DNA of 64,000 nucleotides, from contig CP010424.1 in assembly GCA_000830275.1 (NCBI GenBank), positions 1,071,311 to 1,135,310 of the forward strand, in the 5' to 3' direction. Each line of letters begins with the position of its first letter. Position 1 is the first letter of the stretch. This document shows positions 47,113 to 56,897 of the stretch, piece after piece. The position numbers and the translations under genes are program-made. The notes under the pieces were generated by a model, which saw only the letters and a list, made by a program, of their open reading frames with translations, was not told where the DNA came from and ran no database searches. The stretch comes from an archaeon GW2011_AR10 (GTDB taxonomy: Archaea > Iainarchaeota > Iainarchaeia > Iainarchaeales > GW2011-AR10).

Positions 47113-49221
47113 TTACTGTTTAGGCTTTTGTATAACCGCGGTTGAAATGGCTTCAGAGTCCTTCTTTTTTACAGTATTTTCAAGCTTTTTTTCCCCAGCT
47201 TTTTTCCAGTCTGCTTTTGAAGGGCATTGCGGGAAAATGCACATTTCGTAACGGTATCGTTTTCCAAAAACTTTTATAACTGGCTTTCCGCACTGCTCGC
47301 AGAGCTTGTCAGTGGAAACAATTTTTCCCTTCTGTGGAAGAGGATATGTATTCATGCAGTCAGGGTATCGGTTGCATGCAAGGAACCACTTGCCGTTCTT
47401 GCTCTTGAGCTTTCTCAGTTGGCCTTTACCGCACTTGTCGCATGTTCCAATAACTGAGTCGGCTTGCAGTGCTTTCCGCAAGTCGCTCCCAACATTATTC
47501 TTGTTCTTAAGCATGTCCTCCAGTATGATTCCCAAAAAGTCCCTTGACTCGTCCACAACCTCTTTTTTTGATTTTTTGCCTGCTGCAACCAAGTCCATTT
47601 CTTTTTCTAGTTCTGCAGTCATCTTTGGCTCGGTTACCCTCTTAGCGTACTTATCCAGTGAATCAATTACTGCAAAGGCAACCTGGTTTGGCTCCATTGC
47701 CTTTAGCCCGGCAATGTAATGCCTTGCATAAAGCTTTTGAAGTATCTCGTGCCTTGTAGCCTTTGTGCCGAGATTCAAGTCCTCCATTAGCTTGATAAGG
47801 CTTGACTGAGAGTAACGCGGCGGCGGCACAGTTTCCTTTTCAAGCAAGTTCATTTTCAGCAGCTTCACTTCATCTCCTTCAAGCATTTCCGGCAGGATTA
47901 CTTCAGTGATTTTAGAGTAAGGGTAGACGTCCTTCCAGCCCGCCTTCAAAATAAGCTGCCCCCTTGCAATGAATGGCTCGCCATTAACATGGATTTCAAC
48001 ACTCTGGTTTTCAGTTTCAGCGTCCTCTGAGAGAGTGGCAAGGAACCTCCTAACAATCAGCTCGTAAATTTTCCACTGCCTTTCACTCAATTTGCTTTTA
48101 GGGGCAGCAGAAACAGGGTGAATTGGAGGATGGTCTTTTGAAGCTTTCTCGCCGGCGCTTGGCACAAGCTTGCCTCTGCTGAGAATTTCTCCAACCAAAT
48201 GAGAGAACTCGTTTACTTTCACCATCTCGTCCAGTATCTGCTTCAAGTCAATTGTTGGGGGGTAATGTGTGTTATCCGTTCTTGGGTAAGATGTATAACC
48301 CTGCTGGTAGAGGAACTCTGCGTGGTTCATGGCTTCCCCTACACTCATTCCAATTGCTGTTGCAGCACGCAAAAAGTTGGTTGTATTGAATGGTGTTGGC
48401 CTTGCAAGAACTCGCTTCTTCCTTGAAATGCTTTTTACAATTCCGCGTTCGGATTTTTTTTCCATAATTTTTTCGGCAGTTTCCTTGTCCCACATCTGAC
48501 CATTCTTGTGTTCTGTCTCAAAATTTTTGGAATCCTTTTCGAACAGCGCTGAAACAACCCAGTACTTCTTTGATTTGAACGCGTTCCGTTCCTTTTCCCT
48601 TTTTACAAGTATTGCGAGCACAGGTGTCTGCACCCTGCCAGCGCTCAAAAAGTCCTTTCCAAGCTGGCCGCTTACAAGCGACAGAAAACGCGTTAAAACA
48701 GCTCCCCAAAGGAGGTCAATTTCCCGCCGTGAATCAGCTGAATCAGCAAAGTTGAAGTCAACTTTTGCCAGTTTTGCGAAGGCATCCTCTATGTCCTTCT
48801 GCGTTATTGCCGAAAAATACGCTCTTTTCACTGCAATTTTTGGCTTTGATTGCTTGACAATGTTCAGCGCTTCAACACCAATTGATTCTCCCTCGCGGTC
48901 AGCATCAGTTGCAATAATCACTTCATCAGCTTTTTCTCCAAGGCTTTTCAAAGCGGAGGCAATCACCTTCTCTTTGGTTAAGTACTCTATCTCCGCTGTT
49001 GCAAGCTTCTTTAAGTCGGTTCCAAGCCAGTAGCTGTACTTTTTTGGGAAATCAACGTCAACAATGTGGCCCCGCAGCGGCACAACAACCCAGTCTTGCT
49101 CCGCTCTCTTGAAGGAGAAAATAATTGCTTTGCCGGAAGCAGTGGCAGGTACTTCCTTGCCTGCGAGAATCGAGGCAATCCTTCTCCCAGCAATGGCTTT
49201 CTCTGAAATAATCATCTTCAT
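47113..49221 (-). CDS. topA: DNA topoisomerase I (type IA)
   Basis: TOPRIM at the N-terminus (VIIATDADREGE); a topo IA core; C-terminal zinc ribbons (CDKCGKG...C..C, CEQCGKPV...C..C). Confidence 0.85.
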   Translation of the reverse strand: MKMIISEKAIAGRRIASILAGKEVPATASGKAIIFSFKRAEQDWVVVPLRGHIVDVDFPKKYSYWLGTDLKKLATAEIEYLTKEKVIASALKSLGEKADEVIIATDADREGESIGVEALNIVKQSKPKIAVKRAYFSAITQKDIEDAFAKLAKVDFNFADSADSRREIDLLWGAVLTRFLSLVSGQLGKDFLSAGRVQTPVLAILVKREKERNAFKSKKYWVVSALFEKDSKNFETEHKNGQMWDKETAEKIMEKKSERGIVKSISRKKRVLARPTPFNTTNFLRAATAIGMSVGEAMNHAEFLYQQGYTSYPRTDNTHYPPTIDLKQILDEMVKVNEFSHLVGEILSRGKLVPSAGEKASKDHPPIHPVSAAPKSKLSERQWKIYELIVRRFLATLSEDAETENQSVEIHVNGEPFIARGQLILKAGWKDVYPYSKITEVILPEMLEGDEVKLLKMNLLEKETVPPPRYSQSSLIKLMEDLNLGTKATRHEILQKLYARHYIAGLKAMEPNQVAFAVIDSLDKYAKRVTEPKMTAELEKEMDLVAAGKKSKKEVVDESRDFLGIILEDMLKNKNNVGSDLRKALQADSVIGTCDKCGKGQLRKLKSKNGKWFLACNRYPDCMNTYPLPQKGKIVSTDKLCEQCGKPVIKVFGKRYRYEMCIFPQCPSKADWKKAGEKKLENTVKKKDSEAISTAVIQKPKQ

Positions 49222-49269
49222 TCAATCAACTCAAGCTATGGCAAAATGCTTATTTATTTGAACAAAAAT

Positions 49270-49470
49270 TGCATTTTGCAACTAGCAAACAGCAAATTAA
49301 TGCTCAAAAATCAAAGCTGTTTGCTATATATCAAATGACATTAATAATTGAACATTTATTATTCATTTGCTATAGCAGGCGACATTAATTTTTGAGCATT
49401 TATTGTCGCCTGACAGATAGCAAATGACCTTATTTTTTCAAATATTTTCGCCATTTGCTATATTTTTGGC
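49270..49470. promoter_or_regulatory. Family-2 palindromic/inverted-repeat element cluster upstream of topA
   Basis: TAGCAAACAGC (49283-49293) and GCTGTTTGCTA (49316-49326), as at 3073/3106. 49386-49429 is the reverse complement of 35837-35880. Four TTTGCTATA copies. Confidence 0.65.
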
Positions 49471-49484
49471 ATCAGCAAGAAAAA

Positions 49485-50051
49485 TCAGGTTTTCTGGATT
49501 TTTTTCAGCTTATCCCAGTAAAGCACCAGCGCTATAATTACTACTGCTAACGCAACCAGTGAAATGCTCAACAAAAAGCTTGCGTCTTCTCCGGCAGAAA
49601 CCGGCGAAGCCAAGGGCGCGGCCCCTTTCACTGTTTCTTCAGCGATTCCAATTTCTTCAAAGGCCCTGCCATCACTGGCATTGGAAGTTAGTGCTGGTTG
49701 CTGCAATAATCCAATTGAGCCCAGCAACATCAGCAGCACTCCAGCGAACGCAACCGAGGCAACGCTTAACACAATCAGCACTGTTGTCTCTGTTTCCTTT
49801 GCTTTCACAAGCTGCTTTCCCTTTCGCGTCAAGGAATAGTACTTCCACTTCCTTCCCTCATCTATTAGTTCAACGAGCCTGTTTTCCAGCAGAACTCCTA
49901 AATGCTGCTTCGTGCTTGGGCTGCTCAATGAAAGCTTTTTTGCCAGTTCCGTCAATGTATGGTTTCTTTCATCCAGCAGCTTCAAGATTTTTACTCGGTT
50001 CTCGGAGGAAAGGGACTTGAATTCTGGGGCTGAAAGCGTTATCTCCGGCAT
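49485..50051 (-). CDS. ArsR-family wHTH regulator with C-terminal transmembrane segments
   Basis: ENRVKILKLLDERNHTLTELAKKLSLSSPSTKQHL HTH, followed by two hydrophobic helices. Confidence 0.55.
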   Translation of the reverse strand: MPEITLSAPEFKSLSSENRVKILKLLDERNHTLTELAKKLSLSSPSTKQHLGVLLENRLVELIDEGRKWKYYSLTRKGKQLVKAKETETTVLIVLSVASVAFAGVLLMLLGSIGLLQQPALTSNASDGRAFEEIGIAEETVKGAAPLASPVSAGEDASFLLSISLVALAVVIIALVLYWDKLKKIQKT

Positions 50052-50069
50052 TTTTGTCCTCTTTAAAGC

Positions 50070-50408
50070 TCACGGAAACAAGATTATGAGCAGAACCAGC
50101 ATTGCAAACAACAACAAAGCAAGATCCCTGTTATAGTATGCAATCAAACCCACAATTGCTGGCGCGATTATCAGCAGGGGAGTGAAACCAACCAATGGTG
50201 TCTGGGTTATTACAACTGCGTAAACTGCTCCGATTGTTATCAGGAAAAAAAGGAATGCAACAAACGTGGCAATTTTTCCCGTAACATAATCCCCGATTCT
50301 TTCAAACAAGGGGTCACTTCTGCATGCCTTCCCAGATTTAGTCTTTTTGGGCGCTTCAGTTTCCTCTTCAACTTCTTCCTCTTCTTCCCCGGATTCCTCT
50401 TCCGCCAT
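50070..50408 (-). CDS. Small membrane protein with acidic N-terminus, hypothetical
   Basis: EEESGEEEEEVEEETE, then 3 TM helices. Confidence 0.35.
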   Translation of the reverse strand: MAEEESGEEEEEVEEETEAPKKTKSGKACRSDPLFERIGDYVTGKIATFVAFLFFLITIGAVYAVVITQTPLVGFTPLLIIAPAIVGLIAYYNRDLALLLFAMLVLLIILFP

Positions 50409-50496
50409 ATTTTTATATAGGGGCTTCTACCCTTTTTAAGTGTTTCATTTTGTTAAGTCAACTGCTTTACAATTCCTTTCCCCAAAAATCGCGGTT

Positions 50497-50612
50497 AAAT
50501 GTGCCTTGCGGCACAGCCTTTTAAAAAAAGGCTGGCGAAAATGTGGCTTCGCCGAAGCCTTTTAAAAAAAGGCTGGCGAAAATGTGCCTTGCGGCAAAAC
50601 CTTTTTATAGCA
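50497..50612. repeat. Tandem ~41-bp hairpin repeat (family 3: GTGCCTTGCGGCAC / AGCCTTTTAAAAAAAGGCT / GGCGAAAATGTG)
   Basis: ~2.5 direct copies. Each unit contains two hairpins, one with a palindromic CCTTTTAAAAAAAGG stem-loop. Lies in the divergent promoter region. Confidence 0.75.
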
Positions 50613-50641
50613 ATTAAGTTCTATTACATTAGAATTAAGAT

Positions 50642-51526
50642 TTGTGTGACTCTTTAATGTTTTTGCAGCAAGACCTAGTTTCAGAAATTTTTTATACATT
50701 AGGGATAATCCCAGATTATGTTACGATTCAACTAGTGCCGGGAATTCTAAACGGTCAAGCGTTTGAAATAATTGTTGGATTTCTTTTGGCTCTCATTCTG
50801 CTAATGATACTTTACAAAGGAACCCAATTAATGTATAATTTTATTAAGCGCTTTTTCTTTTTCTTGTTTATTATATTGGTGCTTTGGCTATTTCTTAGGA
50901 ATTTTGGGCATAAGATTTTCACACAAAACCCTGATCCTGTTATTGCTATCATTGGAATAATTGGTTTGCTTTTGGGTTTGGCTGCATTCATTATCTCGGT
51001 TTTTTCATTAAAACACCATGCCATACAAATGACCACAAAAGGAACCGTTCCTGTAGAAGAAGAAATAACGGTGAAAGAGCCGAGTGCTCCAGCGATTAAG
51101 AAAACACAAATTCAGCAGCCTGAAATGCTTGCGGAGCAAGCGCTTATCCCGAAGGACTTTTACGGCCACCTTAAAACTGACAGGAGCCTGCTTGCTGTAA
51201 TCAGCTATATTATAATTGCGCAGTTCGGGGTGTTTTCAGGCATAACAGTTTCCGCTCCAAACGTAGGCGTTGGCCTGGTTTTCTTTGCTGTCTTCTTCAT
51301 TGCGGCATTCGCGTTCATTAAAATCTCTTACCACGACTACAGGCGCGGGGTAATGCACCTTGTTACTGCCTCCTTTTTCGGTGCAGCGCTTTCGATTGTA
51401 CTGGGGCACTTCTGGGTGGAAGTCCCGCTTGAAACGCTGCTTTCCCTTAGGTACTTTGAAACCCCATCCATGGTTGCATTCGTGACCGGCATTGCAGTTT
51501 CCCTCCTGCTTGGAAGCAAAGACTAA
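50642..51526 (+). CDS. Membrane protein, hypothetical
   Basis: ~7 TM helices. Confidence 0.4.
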   Translation: MCDSLMFLQQDLVSEIFYTLGIIPDYVTIQLVPGILNGQAFEIIVGFLLALILLMILYKGTQLMYNFIKRFFFFLFIILVLWLFLRNFGHKIFTQNPDPVIAIIGIIGLLLGLAAFIISVFSLKHHAIQMTTKGTVPVEEEITVKEPSAPAIKKTQIQQPEMLAEQALIPKDFYGHLKTDRSLLAVISYIIIAQFGVFSGITVSAPNVGVGLVFFAVFFIAAFAFIKISYHDYRRGVMHLVTASFFGAALSIVLGHFWVEVPLETLLSLRYFETPSMVAFVTGIAVSLLLGSKD

Positions 51527-51794
51527 AGAACTGCCAACAAAAAATTATGGAATTAACGGCGTCTTGCTGTTTTTCACGCATTTTGGGAGTTAAGGAGCAG
51601 GGAGCATTGCTCCCAGCAGAAGAATCAGTTTAGTGCCCTTAACTCTTTTGCCTAATTCAGTGAGCCTTTTCTGATACCATTACTGTTTCCCTGTTTTTAA
51701 ACTTCTTTGAACACCTCACTGCCGGTGCAGTGCTTTTTCCAACCGCAACTGCCAATGCAAAAAATTATATAGTTGGAGCGCCTTTTATTAATGG

Positions 51795-52490
51795 ATGAAT
51801 ATTAATATTAGCATTGAAAAAAAGCCGGTCCTGGCTTTGGTTACATTAATTGCATTGGTGGCTATTTTCAGTTTGGTTATAGCCTATAATCCAAACTGGC
51901 GCATTACTCCCGGAAACCCTGTTACTTTTGGTCACAGCCCCGACGAAATTGGAATTACCACAGTTTGCACCTTGGGGCAGGCACTAACTTTAACCGCAAG
52001 TGGTTGGAGTTGCGTTAATGTTGGGGGCGGCGGAGGCGGTCTTCAAATTGATTTTTCTGATATGGGGCAGACAATTTCCTCTGGTTCTGATGGAACCCTG
52101 ACTATTAATACCAATATTTTGCCTAATGGGGATTACCCTTATTACTCTGTTCCTCCTGGAGGCTCTAAGGAAATAATAATATTGGATTCCAGTTATGCAA
52201 ACTACGCCGACACCAAGGCGGTTGTTATTGCCACCTATTTCGAGGGGGATGGTGGGGGCCCTGGCAGAGTATCATTTTATGTTGAGGCTAAAGACAGTTC
52301 TGGTTCGTGGAAAGTCATAAGCGTTGATGGTTTACACTTTAACGCAGCAGAAGGCTACCATCAGTCAGGTGCACAGTTTATTGTTCCGGCTGTCGGAAAA
52401 GGCCCTGCTGATTTAAGAATCAGGGTTCAATACGCTTCCGGTGCAACTTCAATAAAAATTATATTAAAAAGAGTCGGCGTAATTTATTAA
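51795..52490 (+). CDS. Secreted/anchored surface protein, hypothetical
   Basis: N-terminal TM/signal anchor, Gly-rich ectodomain. Confidence 0.45.
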   Translation: MNINISIEKKPVLALVTLIALVAIFSLVIAYNPNWRITPGNPVTFGHSPDEIGITTVCTLGQALTLTASGWSCVNVGGGGGGLQIDFSDMGQTISSGSDGTLTINTNILPNGDYPYYSVPPGGSKEIIILDSSYANYADTKAVVIATYFEGDGGGPGRVSFYVEAKDSSGSWKVISVDGLHFNAAEGYHQSGAQFIVPAVGKGPADLRIRVQYASGATSIKIILKRVGVIY

Positions 52491-52538
52491 TTGCGCAAAA
52501 TTCTATTAATGGATGAAAATTAATATTAGCGTTGAAAA

Positions 52539-54698
52539 TTGATTCGAATGAAAAAATTTTTTTCACAGTTGTTTGTGCTGCTTTTTCTGGTTTTTTTTAT
52601 TCCGTTCGTTGCTGCACAGGACTGCACTATTAAGCCAAGCTGCCTTGCTTCAGAGTTTGCAGTTTTCTCTGTTCCAAGCACAACAAATGCTCACGCGTCA
52701 ACCGCTGTTTCTGGTGCAGGCTCTTACTCCAATAAAGTCTGCTGCCCGTCCTCCGAATTTTCGGGCAACAGCTGCAGTGATCCAAATAAGGACGTTGCCC
52801 TGAACCTTTACAATGCAATGAACTCGCATGTAGAGCAGGATGGTTTGGGCAATTACTTTAATCCCGTTTGCCTTACTGCTGCAACGCAAGTAACCTGCTG
52901 GTACACAAGCGATGATTGTTCTGTTGCTGATGGTGTTGGAGTTGCAAGCATCTGGGATGGGCTCTGGGAAACAGGGGATGCAATTCAAATCACTAACGCC
53001 CACGTTGAGCAATACAATGGCTCGGGCAATTACCCGATAAACGTTTGCTGTTCTGCTTCGGCTCCCTCAACTGATGTTTGCGGTGACGGAACCGTTTCAG
53101 GCACAGAGGTTTGTGATCCTGCCCAAACTCCTGCAGAAATTGCGGCAATCTGCGGTGCAGGCAACGTCTGCGTTCCAGCTGGCCTTGCAACTGAATGCAC
53201 TTGCAATGCGCCTCCGATAGTGCAAATCATTGCACCTCCTGATGGGGCATCGTATGACATTGATGATGACATGCCCGTGTTGTTTGAAGGAACTGTAAGT
53301 GATATGGATGATGGCACAATATTTAACAGGTTTAATCCTCCTCCTCTTGGAAGGGTTGTGTGGCAGTCAAGCCTTGAAACAGTTGACGGCGGTTTCTTTG
53401 GTTGGGATGCCTTGTGGTTTGAGCGCCAGTTAACAAAAGTCGGAACACACACAATAACCCTTTATTACACTGATTCTGAGGCAGCGCAGGCAAGCACTAC
53501 TGTTGACATCACTGTTTCGCAGTGCAGCGATGGAGCAGTTACAGGAGATGAAGAATGCGACATTGGCGGCATTAGTGGCGCGCCAGCCGTTGCATGCACG
53601 AACCCGGTTCAAACATGCAACCTTGACTGTGAATGTGTTTCAGGCCCTGCAACCCCAACATGCAATCTTTCAGTATCAGATAACACTGTCGGCCCCGGGG
53701 ATTCAGTAACAGTTGACGTTTCATTGGACGATTTTTCTACAAATCCTACTACATTTGGCAGCGTTTCATGCGGTGATGCTGCCTCATATGAAGCAGACTT
53801 TTCCTGTACCGGCAACAATTGTTCCTTTTCCTGCGGCCCTTACTCAGCCAATGGAACAATAGAGAATTTGCAGTTGAATGATGGCGTAACAACTGTAACT
53901 TGCAGTGGCGCGGTTGATATTAGTGTAGGCTCTCCAAGTGTGCCTTCGTGTTCAATTTATGCAATCCCCACAACAGTTGCTTCCGGTGGAAATGTTCTTG
54001 TAACTTTCATTTACTATGATTTCTCTGCAACCCCAAGCTTTTTAGGAATTGATTGCGGCAATGGCGCAACCCCAAGCTCCTTTAATTGCGCACCAACGTG
54101 CTATCTTACCTGCGATTCTTACTCAACCAATGGAACAATTGAGAACGCGGTTTTAAGTGATGGCGGAACCTCTGTTAACTGCGCAAACTCATATAATATT
54201 ACTGTTTCAGGCGGCCCCGGTCCAGGGCCTGCAGGAGATATTTGGGGTGTGAAGCTTTTGGCAAGCGATGATTACAATTCTTCGTCAAACTTTAGGGTAA
54301 TGGTTAGCATTACAAATTTTTCCACCGCACAAAAAGACGCTGATATTACTGTGCAGCTTGTTGACCACTTAAGCGGGCTGCCTCTTTCTCCAGCAATAAC
54401 TGCAACAAAAACCATGCTTGTTGCCGGAAACAGCTCTACGCTTGATGTGGAATTCATTGAAGCAGATTTCTCTTCACCAATTCTTCCGAGAAATTACAGA
54501 GTTGTTGCTTCCGTTCCTGCCTACAATGATGGCATAACAATTGAAACTGTTATCGGAAACAATACTGATAGTAAAGTTGTTGTTGTCGGCGAGGCAAAGG
54601 CTGTTGCAATTTCCGAGCTGCCTTTGGAGCTTGTTGCAGTCATAGCTTTGGTTGTTTTAAGTATTCTTGGCGGTGCAGTTCCAGCCAAAAAAAATTGA
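52539..54698 (+). CDS. Large Cys-rich cell-surface protein with C-terminal TM anchor
   Basis: Signal peptide MKKFFSQLFVLLFLVFFIPFVAAQ; an internally duplicated Cys-rich domain (CTGNNCSFSCGPYSANGTIENLQLNDG / CAPTCYLTCDSYSTNGTIENAVLSDG); C-terminal hydrophobic helix then KKN. Confidence 0.6.
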   Translation: MIRMKKFFSQLFVLLFLVFFIPFVAAQDCTIKPSCLASEFAVFSVPSTTNAHASTAVSGAGSYSNKVCCPSSEFSGNSCSDPNKDVALNLYNAMNSHVEQDGLGNYFNPVCLTAATQVTCWYTSDDCSVADGVGVASIWDGLWETGDAIQITNAHVEQYNGSGNYPINVCCSASAPSTDVCGDGTVSGTEVCDPAQTPAEIAAICGAGNVCVPAGLATECTCNAPPIVQIIAPPDGASYDIDDDMPVLFEGTVSDMDDGTIFNRFNPPPLGRVVWQSSLETVDGGFFGWDALWFERQLTKVGTHTITLYYTDSEAAQASTTVDITVSQCSDGAVTGDEECDIGGISGAPAVACTNPVQTCNLDCECVSGPATPTCNLSVSDNTVGPGDSVTVDVSLDDFSTNPTTFGSVSCGDAASYEADFSCTGNNCSFSCGPYSANGTIENLQLNDGVTTVTCSGAVDISVGSPSVPSCSIYAIPTTVASGGNVLVTFIYYDFSATPSFLGIDCGNGATPSSFNCAPTCYLTCDSYSTNGTIENAVLSDGGTSVNCANSYNITVSGGPGPGPAGDIWGVKLLASDDYNSSSNFRVMVSITNFSTAQKDADITVQLVDHLSGLPLSPAITATKTMLVAGNSSTLDVEFIEADFSSPILPRNYRVVASVPAYNDGITIETVIGNNTDSKVVVVGEAKAVAISELPLELVAVIALVVLSILGGAVPAKKN

Positions 54699-54742
54699 GC
54701 TACTGCGCGTAGAAGTGAATTTAAAGGCTCCTTGAGAATGCG
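54651..54742. repeat. Direct repeat copy 1 (~92 bp) flanking the TA cassette; includes the 3' end of the surface-protein gene
   Basis: ~94% identical to 55582-55673. Confidence 0.8.
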
Positions 54743-54795
54743 CTGCCGGCAAATCAAGACAAATAATTTTAAATGCATTTGTATACAATTGTAAT

Positions 54796-55284
54796 ATGTT
54801 TGTTTCAAACACTTCAACCCTGATACTGCTGGCAAAAGTTGATTTGCTGGGCCAATTCATTGAAAATTTTGGGAAAATCGAGATAACTGGAGAGGTAAGC
54901 AAAGAGTTTTCTGCAAAAGATTCTTTTGATGCAAAATTTATAAGCCGCTTAATTGAAGAGAAAAAAGTAATCGTCAAAAAAGCGGAGAGTAACATGGTTT
55001 CTGGTATTTTGATGGAGTTTTCCTTGGATAAGGGCGAGGCAACGGCGTTTGCATTATTTAATGAAAAAAGGCACAAAGCAATTTTGACGGACGACTATGA
55101 ATTAATAAAACTGTGCATGCTGAGGGAAGTACAGTTTCTTTCTGCAATGGCAATAGTTGTCAGAATGAAAGAAAAAAAGATTTTGAGCAAAGAAGAAGCC
55201 CTGCAAAAAATCAATGAATTAAACTCTTATGGGCGATATTCAAGAGAGTTGCTCGATTTTTACGTTTCGGAGGTGAAAAAGTGA
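54796..55284 (+). CDS. PIN-like nucleic-acid-binding protein (DUF3368/COG2405), putative toxin
   Basis: VSNTSTLILLAKVDLLGQF N-terminus matches the DUF3368 start (vvDtS.LIaLakig.LdLL). Confidence 0.55.
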   Translation: MFVSNTSTLILLAKVDLLGQFIENFGKIEITGEVSKEFSAKDSFDAKFISRLIEEKKVIVKKAESNMVSGILMEFSLDKGEATAFALFNEKRHKAILTDDYELIKLCMLREVQFLSAMAIVVRMKEKKILSKEEALQKINELNSYGRYSRELLDFYVSEVKK

Positions 55285-55568
55285 GAACTACATCAGTAAG
55301 ATTGGAAGAACCGGAATCGGTCACGGCTTTTCAGAAAGTCCTAAAGGAAAAAAAATCAGAAGTGTTGCGGCAGCTAATAGAAAAAGGCCGCAAGGCAAAG
55401 TCGCTGGAATTGTTCAAGCAAAAAAAAGTATCCCTCGGCCTTGGAGCAAGACTGGCAGGTTTAACAGTAAGCGGGTATTTGGACCTATTGGAAGAAAACA
55501 GGATACCGCTAAACCTTTCCAGACGAGAAGCACAAAAAGCATTAAATACTGCGAGAAAAGTAATGTAA
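55281..55568 (+). CDS. UPF0175-family antitoxin-like protein (COG2886)
   Basis: VSLGLGARLAGLTVSGYLDLLEENRIPLN matches the UPF0175 core (isLgkAAelAGms..eF..lL.e.gIp). Overlaps the upstream gene by 4 bp. Confidence 0.55.
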   Translation: MRTTSVRLEEPESVTAFQKVLKEKKSEVLRQLIEKGRKAKSLELFKQKKVSLGLGARLAGLTVSGYLDLLEENRIPLNLSRREAQKALNTARKVM

Positions 55569-55581
55569 GCCATATCCAAAG

Positions 55582-55673
55582 GTTGTTTTAAGCATTCTTG
55601 ACGGTGCAGTTCCAGCCAAAAAAAATTGAGCTACTGCGCGTAGAAGTGAATTTAAGGGCTCCTTGTGAGTGCG
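55582..55673. repeat. Direct repeat copy 2 (~92 bp) flanking the TA cassette
   Basis: See copy 1; ends at the orc1 upstream region. Confidence 0.8.
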
Positions 55674-55719
55674 TTTCCGGTGCAAGCCTTTTAATCTTCT
55701 TCCGACAATATTTTTTTTG

Positions 55720-56850
55720 ATGAAGAAAAACATTTTTGAGCGCTCCGGCAAGGAGAAGCAGGTTTTTAAGGATGAAAAGTACCTTTACCCCGAGTTTGTG
55801 CCGGAGAGGCTTCCGCACCGTGACAGGGAAATTGATGCGCTAGTGTATGGCTTTAATCCTTTGGTTAAGGGGGGGAAACCGCACAACTTTTTTGTTGTCG
55901 GGCCAACAGGCGTTGGAAAAACTGCCTGCGTGAAGTATGTTTTGAATGAGCTGCAGGAATACAGCGACAGGGCAAAAGCCCTTTACTTGAACTGCTTCGA
56001 GTTCAATGCAAGGCACGCAATTCTCTCCAAAATAGCGAATTTTTTGGGCGCTCCTGTTCCAAGGCGCGGGATTGCAACAGATGAAATTTATTCGAGGTTC
56101 CTTGAGGCCTTGAAGAAGGCTGATTTTTCCCCAGTAATTGTTTTGGATGAAGTTGACCAGCTTCTTTTGAAGGCTGATGGGTCAAAGCTTTTGTATGATT
56201 TGCTGCGCGTAGTGGAGTATGAGAGGGCAAGAGTTGCCTTGGTGCTTATTTCGAATGACATTGAGTTGACAGCAAAACTTGATTCCCGCGTGAGGAGCTC
56301 CCTCACAGAGGAAAAAATTGTTTTTGAGTCCTACACTCCAGCGCAGTTGAAGGACATTCTGCGCGAGAGGGCATCCTTTGCTTTTTTGTCTGGGGCACTT
56401 GGAGAGGAAGTAATACCTGTTGCTGCAGCTCACGCCGCAAGGCTTGGGGGAGACGCAAGAATTGCAATTGAATCCTTGTTGAAGGCGGGAAGGGAAGCAG
56501 AGAAAGAGAATTCCGGCAAAGTTGAAGTGAAGCACTTGAAAAAATCTTTTGAGTCAGTTGATGCGGTTTCTTTGCTGAAAGGAATTAGGCACTTGAATGA
56601 AAGCGAGGCACTGCTGCTTAAGCTTATTGCTGAAAAGCCCGGCATTTTTTCCGGGGAACTGTTCAAGGCCTTTGGCGGGAAAACTGAACCGCTTTCAGAG
56701 AGGAGGCTCCGCGATCTGTTGAATGGCTTGGAGAAAAAAAACTTTGTTTTCTCAGAGCAAGTCAGCCTAGGCAACAAGGGCAAAACAAGAAGTTTTTCGT
56801 GCAGGCTTCCAAGAGAGCCACTAATGCGGGAGCTTAACCGAAACCAATAA
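55720..56850 (+). CDS. cdc6: Orc1/Cdc6 replication initiator
   Basis: FVVGPTGVGKTACVKYVL Walker A, VLDEVD Walker B, C-terminal winged helix. Start placed at ATG 55720 (MKKNIFERSG...) rather than the upstream extension that runs into the repeat. Confidence 0.85.
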   Translation: MKKNIFERSGKEKQVFKDEKYLYPEFVPERLPHRDREIDALVYGFNPLVKGGKPHNFFVVGPTGVGKTACVKYVLNELQEYSDRAKALYLNCFEFNARHAILSKIANFLGAPVPRRGIATDEIYSRFLEALKKADFSPVIVLDEVDQLLLKADGSKLLYDLLRVVEYERARVALVLISNDIELTAKLDSRVRSSLTEEKIVFESYTPAQLKDILRERASFAFLSGALGEEVIPVAAAHAARLGGDARIAIESLLKAGREAEKENSGKVEVKHLKKSFESVDAVSLLKGIRHLNESEALLLKLIAEKPGIFSGELFKAFGGKTEPLSERRLRDLLNGLEKKNFVFSEQVSLGNKGKTRSFSCRLPREPLMRELNRNQ

Positions 56851-56897
56851 AAATTCCCGCAACCATAAATATACTACTAACTTTTCCAGTTGGTTTT

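Noticed and set aside
52573-53818. Multiple 60-140-aa ORFs on both strands inside the surface-protein gene
   Set aside because: Nested in a long ORF with a signal peptide, internal domain duplication and C-terminal anchor; there is no independent support.
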